DNA of 64,000 nt from Phycisphaerae bacterium (GTDB taxonomy: Bacteria > Planctomycetota > Phycisphaerae > UBA1845). The stretch is from contig CAXXGO010000001.1 of NCBI GenBank assembly GCA_963666835.2, forward strand, positions 1,952,001 to 2,016,000. The letters run 5' to 3'. The first letter of the stretch is position 1. Each line of letters starts with the position of its first letter. The position numbers and the translations under genes were made by a program. Shown here one piece after another: positions 1 through 9,799 of the stretch. The notes beneath the pieces were generated by a model. The model saw nothing but the letters and a program-made list of their open reading frames with translations. It was not told the origin of the DNA and made no database searches.

Positions 1-4
1 TCTA

Positions 5-550
5 TTGGGTTCCGGGGAGGGAGCGATTAGCTACGGCACTCTCGAAGAGCTGACCGTTCGAGAAGGGTATGAGTTCCGGCAGATCAGCCCCACCACGAAG
101 ATCGTGACGAACTTCGGCCGGGGTCCGCTTCAGGTTCAGGCCGACTACCAGTACTACGGATCGTTCGTTACGTTGATCCTGTTCGGTTCGTTTGCCACGG
201 CGTTCGCGGGCGGGGTCTTTGCAGTTGTGGTTCTGCCGCATTGGTCGCGCGGGCCTCACATTGGTTTAGCCCTGGCGATCCCCCTCATCGCAGGGGCGAT
301 TGCCGCGATAGCGTGGTGGGCGGATGCCCCGCATCTGCTAGGCTGGGGCTTGCAGTATCTGGGGGCTCATGCGGTGGTGCAGCTCGTGGGCGGATTCCTG
401 GGAGTTACGTTCGGCCGGGCTCTGGCCCGAACGGCCGTTTCCATCCTGTTACCGCCGTCGATACGTCCGTGGCTGGCGTACCTCTGGATCGCCGACAACA
501 AGCCGGTTCCCGGACCGCGCACCCTTGGCGGTGAGCCCTCTACATGTTGA
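5..550 (+). CDS. C-terminal part of a hypothetical membrane protein (5' end probably outside the window)
   Basis: Open frame from the window edge with 3-4 hydrophobic segments; its stop overlaps the convergent EamA gene. Confidence 0.6.
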   Translation: MGSGEGAISYGTLEELTVREGYEFRQISPTTKIVTNFGRGPLQVQADYQYYGSFVTLILFGSFATAFAGGVFAVVVLPHWSRGPHIGLALAIPLIAGAIAAIAWWADAPHLLGWGLQYLGAHAVVQLVGGFLGVTFGRALARTAVSILLPPSIRPWLAYLWIADNKPVPGPRTLGGEPSTC

Positions 551-1454
551 TCAACACCAACGCCACGATTGTCAACGCGATAGCAGACCAGTCCTTTCGG
601 CTGAGCGTCTCTTTGAAGATGAGGATCCCGGAGATGTTGATGACTACAATCGTCCCGGCGCTGTAGATTGGGAATACCACCGCGGCGGGCATCCCGGAAA
701 GGGCGAGAATCAAGAAGAACGATGAGAACAGATTCGGGATTCCCACGGCAATCCCGGTGACTACGTCGCGCCGGGCTACTCGGCGTTGTTTGACTGCCAG
801 GGCGATAACACTGCAACAGAATGCCACTAAGAAGGTGGTCAACAGGAACAGGGACCGGTCCTCCAGTAACCCGTATCTCTGGAACACCTTGTTGCTGAAC
901 TCCGCCGTCCCCCCGAACACAAACAACAGCAGAAGTGCCGGCCGAAACGCCCTTTTGAGATCGCGTTTGGTCGGCCAGTTGACAATCGTGATCGAGGAAA
1001 GCGCCAGGGTGATCCCACACCATTGCGCGGTTGCGGGGTACACCCGCCACAAGAGCAGCGATAGGACGAGCGGGACCAGGATGCCGAGCTTGGCGAAAGC
1101 CCCGGCTAAGCTCGCCCCATGGCGCAGGACGCTCTCTTGATAGTATACAAAGGCCAGGAAGAAGAAGGACCCGGCCCCCAGCCCGGATAGCACCGCCCAC
1201 ACCGAACCCGCCGCAGGAGACAACGTGGGCTCAGCTTGCGTCAGAGCCTTGGTGACTTCATCGAGGCACGCGGGAAGGTCGAGGTCCGCCGGTAGGGGAG
1301 TCTCGCGCGTCGTCAGGATGATAAGGCTGATAACGCAGGCCGTAAGGTAGTTGGCCGCGGTGACCGCATAGCGGTTCATCCCCGACGTTTCGCTATGTTT
1401 GAAGATCAACGCAATCGATGCGCTGCAGGCGGTGGCCAGAATCAGAGCGAGCAT
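540..1454 (-). CDS. EamA/DMT family transporter
   Basis: 304 aa, about 10 TM segments in two similar halves; DMT-like C-terminus (VVFPIYSAGTIVV...LIFKETLSRK). Confidence 0.85.
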   Translation of the reverse strand: MLALILATACSASIALIFKHSETSGMNRYAVTAANYLTACVISLIILTTRETPLPADLDLPACLDEVTKALTQAEPTLSPAAGSVWAVLSGLGAGSFFFLAFVYYQESVLRHGASLAGAFAKLGILVPLVLSLLLWRVYPATAQWCGITLALSSITIVNWPTKRDLKRAFRPALLLLFVFGGTAEFSNKVFQRYGLLEDRSLFLLTTFLVAFCCSVIALAVKQRRVARRDVVTGIAVGIPNLFSSFFLILALSGMPAAVVFPIYSAGTIVVINISGILIFKETLSRKDWSAIALTIVALVLINM

Positions 1455-1532
1455 TCTTGGTTCAGTTGATTGATAAGTACATCGGGCATCGATCTCCGTA
1501 CGCCTGGGCGCACAGGCTTCGACAGATTGAAC

Positions 1533-2819
1533 CTACGAAGTGGCCGTCGCCGGCCGAATCGCCTTGTCCGCGATATCGCGCCGGCAGAAGGCGCCGTCGA
1601 ACTTGATCTCCGCGACCGCGGCGTAGGCTCGCCGTTGGGCATCGGCTATGTCCGTTCCAAGAGCCGTCACCCCTAATACTCGCCCGCCGCTGGAGAGCGT
1701 CAGGTGCTCGAGCTTCTTAGTTCCGGCATGATATACAAACGTGTCCTCCAACGCCGCGGCGCGATCCAGCCCTTCGATGACTTTGTTGGACTCGTAGATG
1801 CCGGGATACCCCTCGGACGCCATGACGACACACACGGCCGGTCGGGGATCCCACTGTAGGCGGGCCTCCGCCAGCCGGCCCTCGACCACCGCGTCCAAAA
1901 GGTCGTACAAATCCGCCTTCAAGCGCGGCAGAACGACCTGAGTCTCCGGATCTCCGAACCTGCAGTTGAACTCCAGGACCTTGGGACCGCCCGGGGTCAA
2001 CATCAGCCCCGCGTATAACAGGCCCTGGTACGCAGCGCCATCGTTACGCAACGCGTCGACGATTGGCACCAGGACGTCCCGCTCGATCTTGCCGAGCAGT
2101 TCCGGGGTTGCGATAGGAGCGGGGCTGTAGGCACCCATACCGCCGGTATTCGGACCCGTATCGCCTTCCCCCACGGCCTTGTGATCTTGAGCGGTATCGA
2201 GAACGTATATGGTGTGTCCGTCGACCAGGGCGAAGACGGAAAGCTCCGGACCCTTGAGAAGTTCCTCGACGACGACGGTGTTCCCCGCTTCGCCGAAGAC
2301 CCGCTTGACCATGATCTGCTCCAGTGCCAGTATTGCGGCAGCAGGATCCTGGCATACGAAGACGCCCTTGCCGGCGGCCAGTCCGGCCGCCTTGACGACC
2401 AATCCGGTGTCGCGGGTTGCAACGTATTCGCGGGCGCTTTCATGGTCGGTGAACACCCGGCCTTCGGCGGCCGGGACCTTGGCGAGCTTCATCAGGTGCT
2501 TGGCGTAGGCTTTGTCGCCCTCGATACGGGCCGCGGCCGCCGTCGGCCCGAACACACGCAGCCCGGCTTTTTGAAAGTGATCGACAATCCCGGCGCAGAG
2601 CGGTGCTTCGGGGCCCACAACGGTCAGATCGATCCTGTGCTCCCGCGCCAGTGTCGCCAGAGCGTCGTGATTGCTGATGTCCGCTTCGATGTTCTCGGCG
2701 ACCGAGGCCGTGCCCGCGTTGCCGGGAACACAGATCACGTGTTCGACCCGTGGAGAATCGGCGATTCCGACCGCAAGCGCATGCTCGCGTCCGCCGCTTC
2801 CGATTATCATTGCTCGCAT
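1533..2819 (-). CDS. purD: Phosphoribosylamine--glycine ligase
   Basis: IGSGGREHALA, VVGPEAPL, GLAAGKGV, DTGPNTGGMGAYSP, EFNCRFGDPETQ and GGRVL motifs. Confidence 0.98.
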   Translation of the reverse strand: MRAMIIGSGGREHALAVGIADSPRVEHVICVPGNAGTASVAENIEADISNHDALATLAREHRIDLTVVGPEAPLCAGIVDHFQKAGLRVFGPTAAAARIEGDKAYAKHLMKLAKVPAAEGRVFTDHESAREYVATRDTGLVVKAAGLAAGKGVFVCQDPAAAILALEQIMVKRVFGEAGNTVVVEELLKGPELSVFALVDGHTIYVLDTAQDHKAVGEGDTGPNTGGMGAYSPAPIATPELLGKIERDVLVPIVDALRNDGAAYQGLLYAGLMLTPGGPKVLEFNCRFGDPETQVVLPRLKADLYDLLDAVVEGRLAEARLQWDPRPAVCVVMASEGYPGIYESNKVIEGLDRAAALEDTFVYHAGTKKLEHLTLSSGGRVLGVTALGTDIADAQRRAYAAVAEIKFDGAFCRRDIADKAIRPATATS

Positions 2820-2981
2820 AAGGTTTCATCCCTGTTGATTCTGCCGTCCGCGGGACCTCCGCGCAGACGTGCTACGGCCGGCGGACTCTGCAGTATGATA
2901 CGCCGCAGTCTCACCCGGGGCGCCGCCCACGCCGATTACGCCTCGATTCTACGGAGAAACCGGAGACTTGCCAGCCCGCCC

Positions 2982-3212
2982 GTAACGCAGGCTTCCAGCC
3001 TGCCGGAGCGGACGCTCCGCCGGAACTCGGGCGAACGCTGGATTGGATCGCACGCTTGCAGCCCGCACGATTATTGGCAGACCAACGACGCATACAGCGA
3101 TGCAGACAGGATATCTACGCTACGACCGAGCATGTAGACAGGATGTCTTCGCTACGACCGACCACACGGACGACGATGTGGACGGGATACCTGCGTTACG
3201 TAACGCAGGTAT
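2982..3212. repeat. Cluster of REP-like palindromes, family A (GTAA/GTAG + hairpin with TCC loop)
   Basis: GTAACGCAGGCTTCCAGCCTGC at 2982-3003 (+); minus-strand copies near 3101-3123, 3133-3155 and 3177-3199; perfect 26-bp palindrome at 3187-3212. Confidence 0.75.
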
Positions 3213-3267
3213 TCAGCCAGGGTGGAGCGTGGCGAACCCGTGGGTGAGACTACTGTTGTAGGCATCG

Positions 3268-5298
3268 CTAGCTAGGTTGAGGGAGGGGACCGTCACCGAG
3301 GTTCGTTTCGGAAGTTGTGTCGGCCTGGATCGGCCGGGCGACTCCGACGTCACTGTCCTGCGCTACGGCGCGGTCCAACAGGTCGGAAACGCTGGTCCGT
3401 TCCAGGGACTCGCCGCGGATCAGGGCGTTCACCTCTTCGCCGGTGATTGTCTCGTATTGCAGTAGGGCCTCGGCGATAGCTTCTAGTTTCGCCCGATTTT
3501 CGGTGATCATGTTCTTGGCGGTCTCGTACCCGGCGTCCAGGATTCGCTTAATCTCCTGGTCTATCACTTCGGCGGTCTTGTCGGAATAGTCCCGCCCGCC
3601 CAGGTCGTAGACATTATTCTTAGAATCACCCTCGCCGTAGTAGACGAACCCGACCGATTCGCCCATACCCCAGTCCCGGACCATACGCCGGGCGATCTCG
3701 GTAGCCTGCTTGATATCGGATGCGGCTCCGCTGCTGATCTCGTTAAAGAAGACCTGTTCCGCGATCCGCCCGCCAAGGGCTACCCGCATGAGCGCGAGCA
3801 GGTAACCCCGGGTGTAGACCATGCGGTCGCGCTCCGGGAGCGAGAAAGTCGCTCCGCCGGCCGGACCTCGCGGAATGATGCTGACCTTGTGAACCGGGTC
3901 CGCTTCCTTCTCGAGGGCCTGAAGCAGGGCGTGGCCGGCCTCATGATACGCGGTGATCTTACGATCGCGCTCGTCAATAACCGAGCTTCTCTTGGCTCGC
4001 CCCCAGCGTACCTTGTCTCGGGCTTCTTCCAGGTCGTCCTGTTCGACGAAGTCCTTATTGTGCATGGCGGCGATGAGCGCGGCCTCGTTGACGATAGCCT
4101 CCAGCTCGGCACCCGTGAACATGGGTGTACCCCGTGCCACCCGGCGGACATCGACGGTGCTGCCCAGTTTGACCCTGCGCATGTGGACCTTGAGGATCTC
4201 ATACCGGCCTTGCAGGTCGGGTAGGGAGACGAACACCTGCCGGTCGAACCGCCCGGGGCGGATCAACGCCGGATCCAGCACGTCCGAGCGGTTAGTGGCG
4301 GCGATGACGATGACCTGGGCGTTTGTGTCGAATCCGTCCATCTCGACGAGAATGGCATTAAGTGTCTGCTCGCGCTCGTCATGTCCGCCACCGCCGAATC
4401 CGGAGCCCCGCCGCCGACCGACCGCGTCGATCTCGTCGAGGAAGATGATGCAGGGGGAATTCTCCTTGGCCTGCTTGAACAGATCGCGCACGCGCGACGC
4501 CCCCACACCGACGAACATCTCTACGAAGTCGGAGCCGCTTATGGAGAAGAACGGCACATCGGCCTCTCCGGCGATGGCCTTAGCCAACAAGGTCTTGCCG
4601 CATCCCGGCTCCCCGACCAGAAGGATCCCGCGAGGGATACGCCCGCCGAGACGTTGGAACTTCTTGGGAGCCTTGAGGAACTCTATGATCTCTTCGACTT
4701 CTTCCTTAGCTTCGTCGATCCCGGCGACGTCGGCAAACGTCACGTTGGTGTGTTCTTTGTGCGTAACGCGGTGCCGGGATCGTCCGAAGTTGCCCAGCAT
4801 TCCGCCGCCTCCGCCCATCGAACGGATTTGCCGGAAAAACACGAACCAGATAAACGCGAAGATCAGCACCCACGGCAAGAGATTCAGCAGAACGATTACC
4901 ACCTGGTTCGGCTTCTCGCAATCGACGGCCGGAATACTCTCGTTCATCCGTTGAGTGAACTCGCCGTCGATGGCTTCGGTGGGATACTGCACTGTGAATC
5001 GCGTGGTTTCCCCGGCCGGATCGGCTTCCGAGAGGATCCGTTCCCCCTCGACCAGCCCGTCTTCCTTGATGACCAGCTTCTCGATCTGCTTGTTCTTGAC
5101 GTACATCTCGAACTCGCTGATCGTCAACTTCTTGGGCGATTCCAGCGAACTCTGCAACAGGGCCACCAGCAGAATGCCCGCTCCCAGAAGGACCAGCCAA
5201 CTGACTAGATTGCGCGACATCCGCGGTGCCGGCCCGTTCGGTTGCTTCGGGGCAGGTGGCTGAGGCTCAGATGGTCCGTCGCCTTTCGGCATCAACAA
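3268..5298 (-). CDS. ftsH: ATP-dependent zinc metalloprotease FtsH
   Basis: Two N-terminal TMs, Walker A GEPGCGKT, Walker [18 protein letters not shown], zinc motif HEAGH. Confidence 0.98.
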   Translation of the reverse strand: MLMPKGDGPSEPQPPAPKQPNGPAPRMSRNLVSWLVLLGAGILLVALLQSSLESPKKLTISEFEMYVKNKQIEKLVIKEDGLVEGERILSEADPAGETTRFTVQYPTEAIDGEFTQRMNESIPAVDCEKPNQVVIVLLNLLPWVLIFAFIWFVFFRQIRSMGGGGGMLGNFGRSRHRVTHKEHTNVTFADVAGIDEAKEEVEEIIEFLKAPKKFQRLGGRIPRGILLVGEPGCGKTLLAKAIAGEADVPFFSISGSDFVEMFVGVGASRVRDLFKQAKENSPCIIFLDEIDAVGRRRGSGFGGGGHDEREQTLNAILVEMDGFDTNAQVIVIAATNRSDVLDPALIRPGRFDRQVFVSLPDLQGRYEILKVHMRRVKLGSTVDVRRVARGTPMFTGAELEAIVNEAALIAAMHNKDFVEQDDLEEARDKVRWGRAKRSSVIDERDRKITAYHEAGHALLQALEKEADPVHKVSIIPRGPAGGATFSLPERDRMVYTRGYLLALMRVALGGRIAEQVFFNEISSGAASDIKQATEIARRMVRDWGMGESVGFVYYGEGDSKNNVYDLGGRDYSDKTAEVIDQEIKRILDAGYETAKNMITENRAKLEAIAEALLQYETITGEEVNALIRGESLERTSVSDLLDRAVAQDSDVGVARPIQADTTSETNLGDGPLPQPS

Positions 5299-5371
5299 GC
5301 TCGCAGTATTACGAAGACTTCATTCGGTGCAGCAACACTGCCGGCACCGTCCATTACTTATGCTAGCGTTC

Positions 5372-5878
5372 TCACCAACTGGATTCCATCGTCTCGACCA
5401 TTTGCTCGGCCAGCCCCTCCAGACCACGCGTCATCGCATCGTTGAATCTCTCTCCCGCGGGTGGAATATAACTGGTTTGATACACGAACCTTGGTCTCTC
5501 GATCAGAATATCCCCCGAGCGAAGATCCTGGAAACGATAACGGATAACGATGGTCGAGCCTATCTCGCGAGGCAAATCCGTCTTGTAGTCGTCTCCGAAG
5601 GTACGGTTTTCGACATTAAGAATCTCGCCGCTGAGCAGCGCGTCGGCGGTACGCCGCGGGGCAATCCGGTACGGCGTGTCCAACTCAATCCGCTTAACGA
5701 TCGCTTCGGTAAGTCGAAACTCCAACTCGCGTCGAAACTCCTTAGACTGCAGCATTTCAACGTGAACGGTCTGAATATCGGTCGGAAAGGGCCGTTGCGT
5801 CGAATAGCCGCACCCGGTCAGGGCTGTAAGTGCTATCGAGGAAAAGATCATTAGCCGACTGAGATTTCTCGCCATCAT
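5372..5878 (-). CDS. LptE-family lipoprotein
   Basis: Lipobox LTGC followed by GY; size and position downstream of a BamD-like gene are typical for planctomycetes. Confidence 0.75.
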   Translation of the reverse strand: MMARNLSRLMIFSSIALTALTGCGYSTQRPFPTDIQTVHVEMLQSKEFRRELEFRLTEAIVKRIELDTPYRIAPRRTADALLSGEILNVENRTFGDDYKTDLPREIGSTIVIRYRFQDLRSGDILIERPRFVYQTSYIPPAGERFNDAMTRGLEGLAEQMVETMESSW

Positions 5879-6011
5879 TCTTCTGACGCCTTGTTATCGG
5901 ATCATCCGGACGGACCCTCGGAGCCCGCCCCTTCAACCTATGCCGGTTCGGCGACCGGCCGCACAGCGATGAGTATCTCGTCGTCGCGAACCGCCTCCGG
6001 TGCCGAGCGCG

Positions 6012-7025
6012 CTACGGCTCACCGTAACCACCAGCCGACGCCACCGGGCTCGATGCCCCCAGCAGTTCCAATCGCGCAGCCGCTTTGGTCGCCGCTACCG
6101 AGCCAGGCCAGCCGTCAACCACCGCCTGGTAATAGAAAACCGCCGAGGTCAGATGCTCGGTTCGCTCGTAATACTCCGCGATAGCGAGCTCCTTGCCGGC
6201 GCGGCGCTCCGCGATGGTCTCCAATATCACGCCCACGCCTTCCTGCTCGGCTACGCGCCCGTAGCGGTTGGCGTAATCACGGTACCGCTCCTCGGCCTCG
6301 ATCAAGGCCGCGTCGTCGTATTCTATTCCCGCGAAACTCGCTAAGGCCGACTCGGCCGATCGCCGCAAGGCGTAGCGGTGGTACTGCGTGCTGGGATGCT
6401 CACGCAGCAGCCGGGCGTAGTCCATCTCAGCCAAGGCGTGGTCACCGGTTCTGAAGAGATAATCCGCTTTGGTCTTGATCGCATACTCTGCGTATCTGGT
6501 GTTGGGATAGGTAACGGAGATGTCGTCCAAAATCCGCAGGGCGATGTCTTCTCCGGAAAGCAAACGCACCCCCCCGATCTTCCGCTTGACACCGGACAGG
6601 TACGTTTCCGCGATGACGAATTCCAGTCGAATGGCCTCCTCGGTCAAAGCCATTCCACTGAACTCGTCGAGGAACCCGGTCAGAGTCCCGTACGCCTTGT
6701 AGAAATCACGCCGGCCAATCTGAGCCTCGGCCTTGGCGATGACGACCTCCGGGTATAACGCGTCGGATTCCCCATACTGTTTGACGAACTGCTTGACCCG
6801 GGACAACGCCTTGCCGAACTCCCCGTCCTTATTCAGGACGCGGATCTGGTGCAAGTCGCCCTCCGGCGTACCGGCAGGCGGCGGGGGCGTCTCAACCCAT
6901 TCCCGTCGCTCTGAATCGTACGTGAGCGTTCGTGTTCGCGGCGGATCGGCACGCACTGCCGCCGTGCTGTACACCAAGCACCAGATTGTCACTGCGAGAC
7001 CGATTAGTCGGCTCAGAGTACTCAT
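6012..7025 (-). CDS. bamD: Outer membrane protein assembly factor BamD-like TPR protein
   Basis: Start reassigned to ATG 7025 (MSTLSRLIG..., signal peptide); TPR helices; C-terminal ELAIAEYYER...SAVFYYQ..V..WP.S typical of BamD/YfiO. Confidence 0.75.
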   Translation of the reverse strand: MSTLSRLIGLAVTIWCLVYSTAAVRADPPRTRTLTYDSERREWVETPPPPAGTPEGDLHQIRVLNKDGEFGKALSRVKQFVKQYGESDALYPEVVIAKAEAQIGRRDFYKAYGTLTGFLDEFSGMALTEEAIRLEFVIAETYLSGVKRKIGGVRLLSGEDIALRILDDISVTYPNTRYAEYAIKTKADYLFRTGDHALAEMDYARLLREHPSTQYHRYALRRSAESALASFAGIEYDDAALIEAEERYRDYANRYGRVAEQEGVGVILETIAERRAGKELAIAEYYERTEHLTSAVFYYQAVVDGWPGSVAATKAAARLELLGASSPVASAGGYGEP

Positions 7026-7603
7026 CGGGTCGATTCCTCCCGAGACCGCGCTTCCCGGGCAACCGGATCCGTCCGATTGCACTGCCGGTGGCATTCTATC
7101 CGCAAGAACGCTGTTTACGCAATTACCGCCTAGCCTCGCATGGATGTGGCGGAAGGCCTCTGCGGAACGTGAGAGATGTCGCCGATGGTGGAATGGGCAA
7201 AACAGTGCGACTTGGTAGGGTGTCGGTTCAACGGTTGGTAGCGGCGTCCGCGGCCGTTCCCGATACACCGGAACACGTGTTTTGGGTGTGACTCCTGCCC
7301 GTTTAAGAGGTCACGACGACCGTATGAAGTTGTACCGCAGGTGGACCGGGAGTAGAGTCGTGCCCGTTCGTTTCGAGACCGATTGGCGCTACGTCACACC
7401 CGACACTCCGGTTTTGAGGTGTGCCACTGCTCTTGAGCAGTACCTTGAGCAGTGCGAGGACGGGACACGGTGCGGATTGAATCCGGACCTTATGCGTGTG
7501 ACGAAGCACCAGGGTGAGATTACCGCGAACTCTCGGGTGGTGGCTGCGGAGCGGGCGAGCTGAACCGCCGATTCCGCCGGAGAGCTTCAACGGGAGGGCC
7601 GAC

Positions 7604-8557
7604 GTGAGAGCCGTTACCTTCGATGGCACGCTGGCGTATCTGACCGATCATCCAGACCCCAGCCCGGCAGATGACGAATGCCTGATCCGGGTTCGTCTGG
7701 CCGGGATCTGCGCGACGGATCTTGAGATTGTGCGCGGATACTCGGATTTCAAGGGCGTTCTCGGTCACGAGTTCGTCGGTACGGTGGTCGCCGGCCCGGC
7801 CGAGTGGCGGGACCGGAGAGTCGTTGGCGAGATTAACTGCATCTGTCGTAAGTGCGACATGTGCCAGGCCGGGCTGGCCAACCACTGTCGCAACCGCACG
7901 GTGATGGGCATTGTGGGCCGCGACGGGTGCTTTGCTGACCTCGTGGCCGTGCCGGAGAGGAACCTCCACGCGGTTCCGGACGTGCTGTCGGACGAAGAAG
8001 CCGTATTTACCGAGCCGCTGGCTGCGGCTTGGCAGGTGCTTGCCCAATGCCGAATCGAGCCGCGGATGAACGTCAGTGTGATAGGCTCCGGACGCCTCGG
8101 GTTGCTGGTTGCCCAGGTTCTGGCACAAGCGGGTTGCAGGCCCACGGTGATCGGTCGGAATCCGGCGAAGCTGGTCGTCTGCGACAAGAAGGGGATCCAG
8201 GGGATTCATGTTGACACGCTTGTGGCTCGTCAGGACCGCGACGTCGTGATCGAGTGCAGTGGCACTCCCGACGGATTAGCGATTGCGATGGAGCTGGTCC
8301 GTCCTCGCGGCACTATCGTACTAAAGAGCACGTTCGCCGATGCGGCGACCCCGAACCTCGCGCCACTGGTCGTGCACGAGATCAACTTGATCGGCAGCCG
8401 GTGCGGCCCCTTCCCGGAGGCGATTGATGCTCTCGCCCGCCAGGCGGTCGACGTCCGCACCCTTGTCTCGCAGACCTTCCCGTTGGAACGTGCCGCCGAA
8501 GCCTTCGATGCCGCCGGCTCTCCCGAGAACATCAAGATACTCTTGCGGCCGGGGTAG
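7604..8557 (+). CDS. Zinc-binding alcohol dehydrogenase (MDR family)
   Basis: GICATD, GHEFVG, structural Zn cysteines (CRKCDMC...HC), GSGRLG. Start reassigned to GTG 7604 (MRAVTFDG). Confidence 0.92.
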   Translation: MRAVTFDGTLAYLTDHPDPSPADDECLIRVRLAGICATDLEIVRGYSDFKGVLGHEFVGTVVAGPAEWRDRRVVGEINCICRKCDMCQAGLANHCRNRTVMGIVGRDGCFADLVAVPERNLHAVPDVLSDEEAVFTEPLAAAWQVLAQCRIEPRMNVSVIGSGRLGLLVAQVLAQAGCRPTVIGRNPAKLVVCDKKGIQGIHVDTLVARQDRDVVIECSGTPDGLAIAMELVRPRGTIVLKSTFADAATPNLAPLVVHEINLIGSRCGPFPEAIDALARQAVDVRTLVSQTFPLERAAEAFDAAGSPENIKILLRPG

Positions 8558-8603
8558 GGTAGGGGGGTGCTGAGGAAACGGGACGCAGGCCCGTCACGGG
8601 ATA

Positions 8604-9437
8604 GTGTCCGGAACGCCGGCGGAGGTGGAGAGGCCGATGCAGACAGACCTGTCTTGTATTCAATGCGGTTACAACCTTCGCGGGCTTGACGAGACCGGGA
8701 AGTGTCCCGAATGTGGCACCGCAATCGCTGATTCCCTGCGCGGCGACCTCCTCGAATTCGCCGACCCCGATTGGCTCGACAAGATCAAGCTCGGGGTGAT
8801 TGTCAGATTCTGGCATTTGCCTCTATCGATCATTGCGCTTCCGCTCACGATTGTCTTTCCGGCAACTGCCGACGTTCTCACGTGGCTGGTTGCTGATGCC
8901 GCGGGGCTCGGGGCGTCGCTCCTGATCACGACTCGCGAGCCGCGAATGGAGTTTCGAGAGGGTGTTTTCACTTTGCGAAGAGTGGTTCGCTTCGCCGCCG
9001 CGGCGGGTTTCGCGGGGGCCATGCTAGGTATTGCGCATTCGGCATACACAGCATTGCCAACTTATTCGCACGTTATCGCTATCTGCCTGGGGCTACTCAG
9101 ATGGGCTGCAGTATGGGGCGAGGTGGCCTATTTGGGACGCCTTGCCTCGCGGATTCCGGATAGGCGGCTCGGTGAATCGGCGCAGACGGTTTTGTGGTTG
9201 GCGCTAATCCTCGGCGTGTTTGCCGCCGTGACGGCGCTGGTAGCACTCGAAGGGGTGGGTCTCATACTCGTCGTTTTGGGCCCGCCGTTCTTCATCGGTT
9301 GCCTACTACTTCTGGCCGCGTACAGAAAAGCCCTGAGGCAGGCAGCCGCAAAGGCTCGGGTGACGCTTGCTGCGGATTCGCATCAGCCGGCGGCGCCGGT
9401 CAACCCGCCATTACCCGACAACACGAGTTGCCATTGA
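8604..9437 (+). CDS. Zinc-ribbon membrane protein (hypothetical)
   Basis: N-terminal CIQCGYNLRGL...CPECG followed by about 6 TM segments. Confidence 0.8.
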   Translation: MSGTPAEVERPMQTDLSCIQCGYNLRGLDETGKCPECGTAIADSLRGDLLEFADPDWLDKIKLGVIVRFWHLPLSIIALPLTIVFPATADVLTWLVADAAGLGASLLITTREPRMEFREGVFTLRRVVRFAAAAGFAGAMLGIAHSAYTALPTYSHVIAICLGLLRWAAVWGEVAYLGRLASRIPDRRLGESAQTVLWLALILGVFAAVTALVALEGVGLILVVLGPPFFIGCLLLLAAYRKALRQAAAKARVTLAADSHQPAAPVNPPLPDNTSCH

Positions 9438-9799
9438 AAGCCACGGGTCTCCCGGCGGTTCTGCCGCAAGCCGGAGAGACAAGCTCTCGGCATTTGTCGC
9501 CGTCACTGCCCGCTTGGCGTAGTGTCGAAGCTGGGATCATGGGCCAACTTGTTGACCCGGGTTGCCGGAGTCCCCCGCTTCGGACGGTGTCGAAGCACTC
9601 CTACGCATCTCCACCGTGGCACGTTACGTGTGCCGCTCTCGGGCGCCGTCGCGTCCGGGCGATAATTCCTTGGTTGGAGTTGCCTAGCCCATTATACTGT
9701 TACGTGTTGTTGTCGGAGGGGATCGGGGCAACCTCCCTGCTGCGACCCCACCGAGCATCTCATGAGTTGGAGCGAGGTCTGTTTGCGAAGGAGGAAGTA

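Noticed and set aside
3953..4954. Long antisense ORFs (3953-4954, 11330-12883, 62001-63434 and similar)
   Set aside because: Shadow frames of well-supported genes in GC-rich DNA, with no recognisable motifs.
7026..7603. ORFs between the bamD-like and ADH genes and the long N-terminal extensions of both
   Set aside because: No motifs or good RBS; most likely a divergent promoter region.
9194..9799. 5' extension of ORF 9194-9946
   Set aside because: Overlaps the upstream gene and is not protein-like; the RBS and signal peptide point to ATG 9800.
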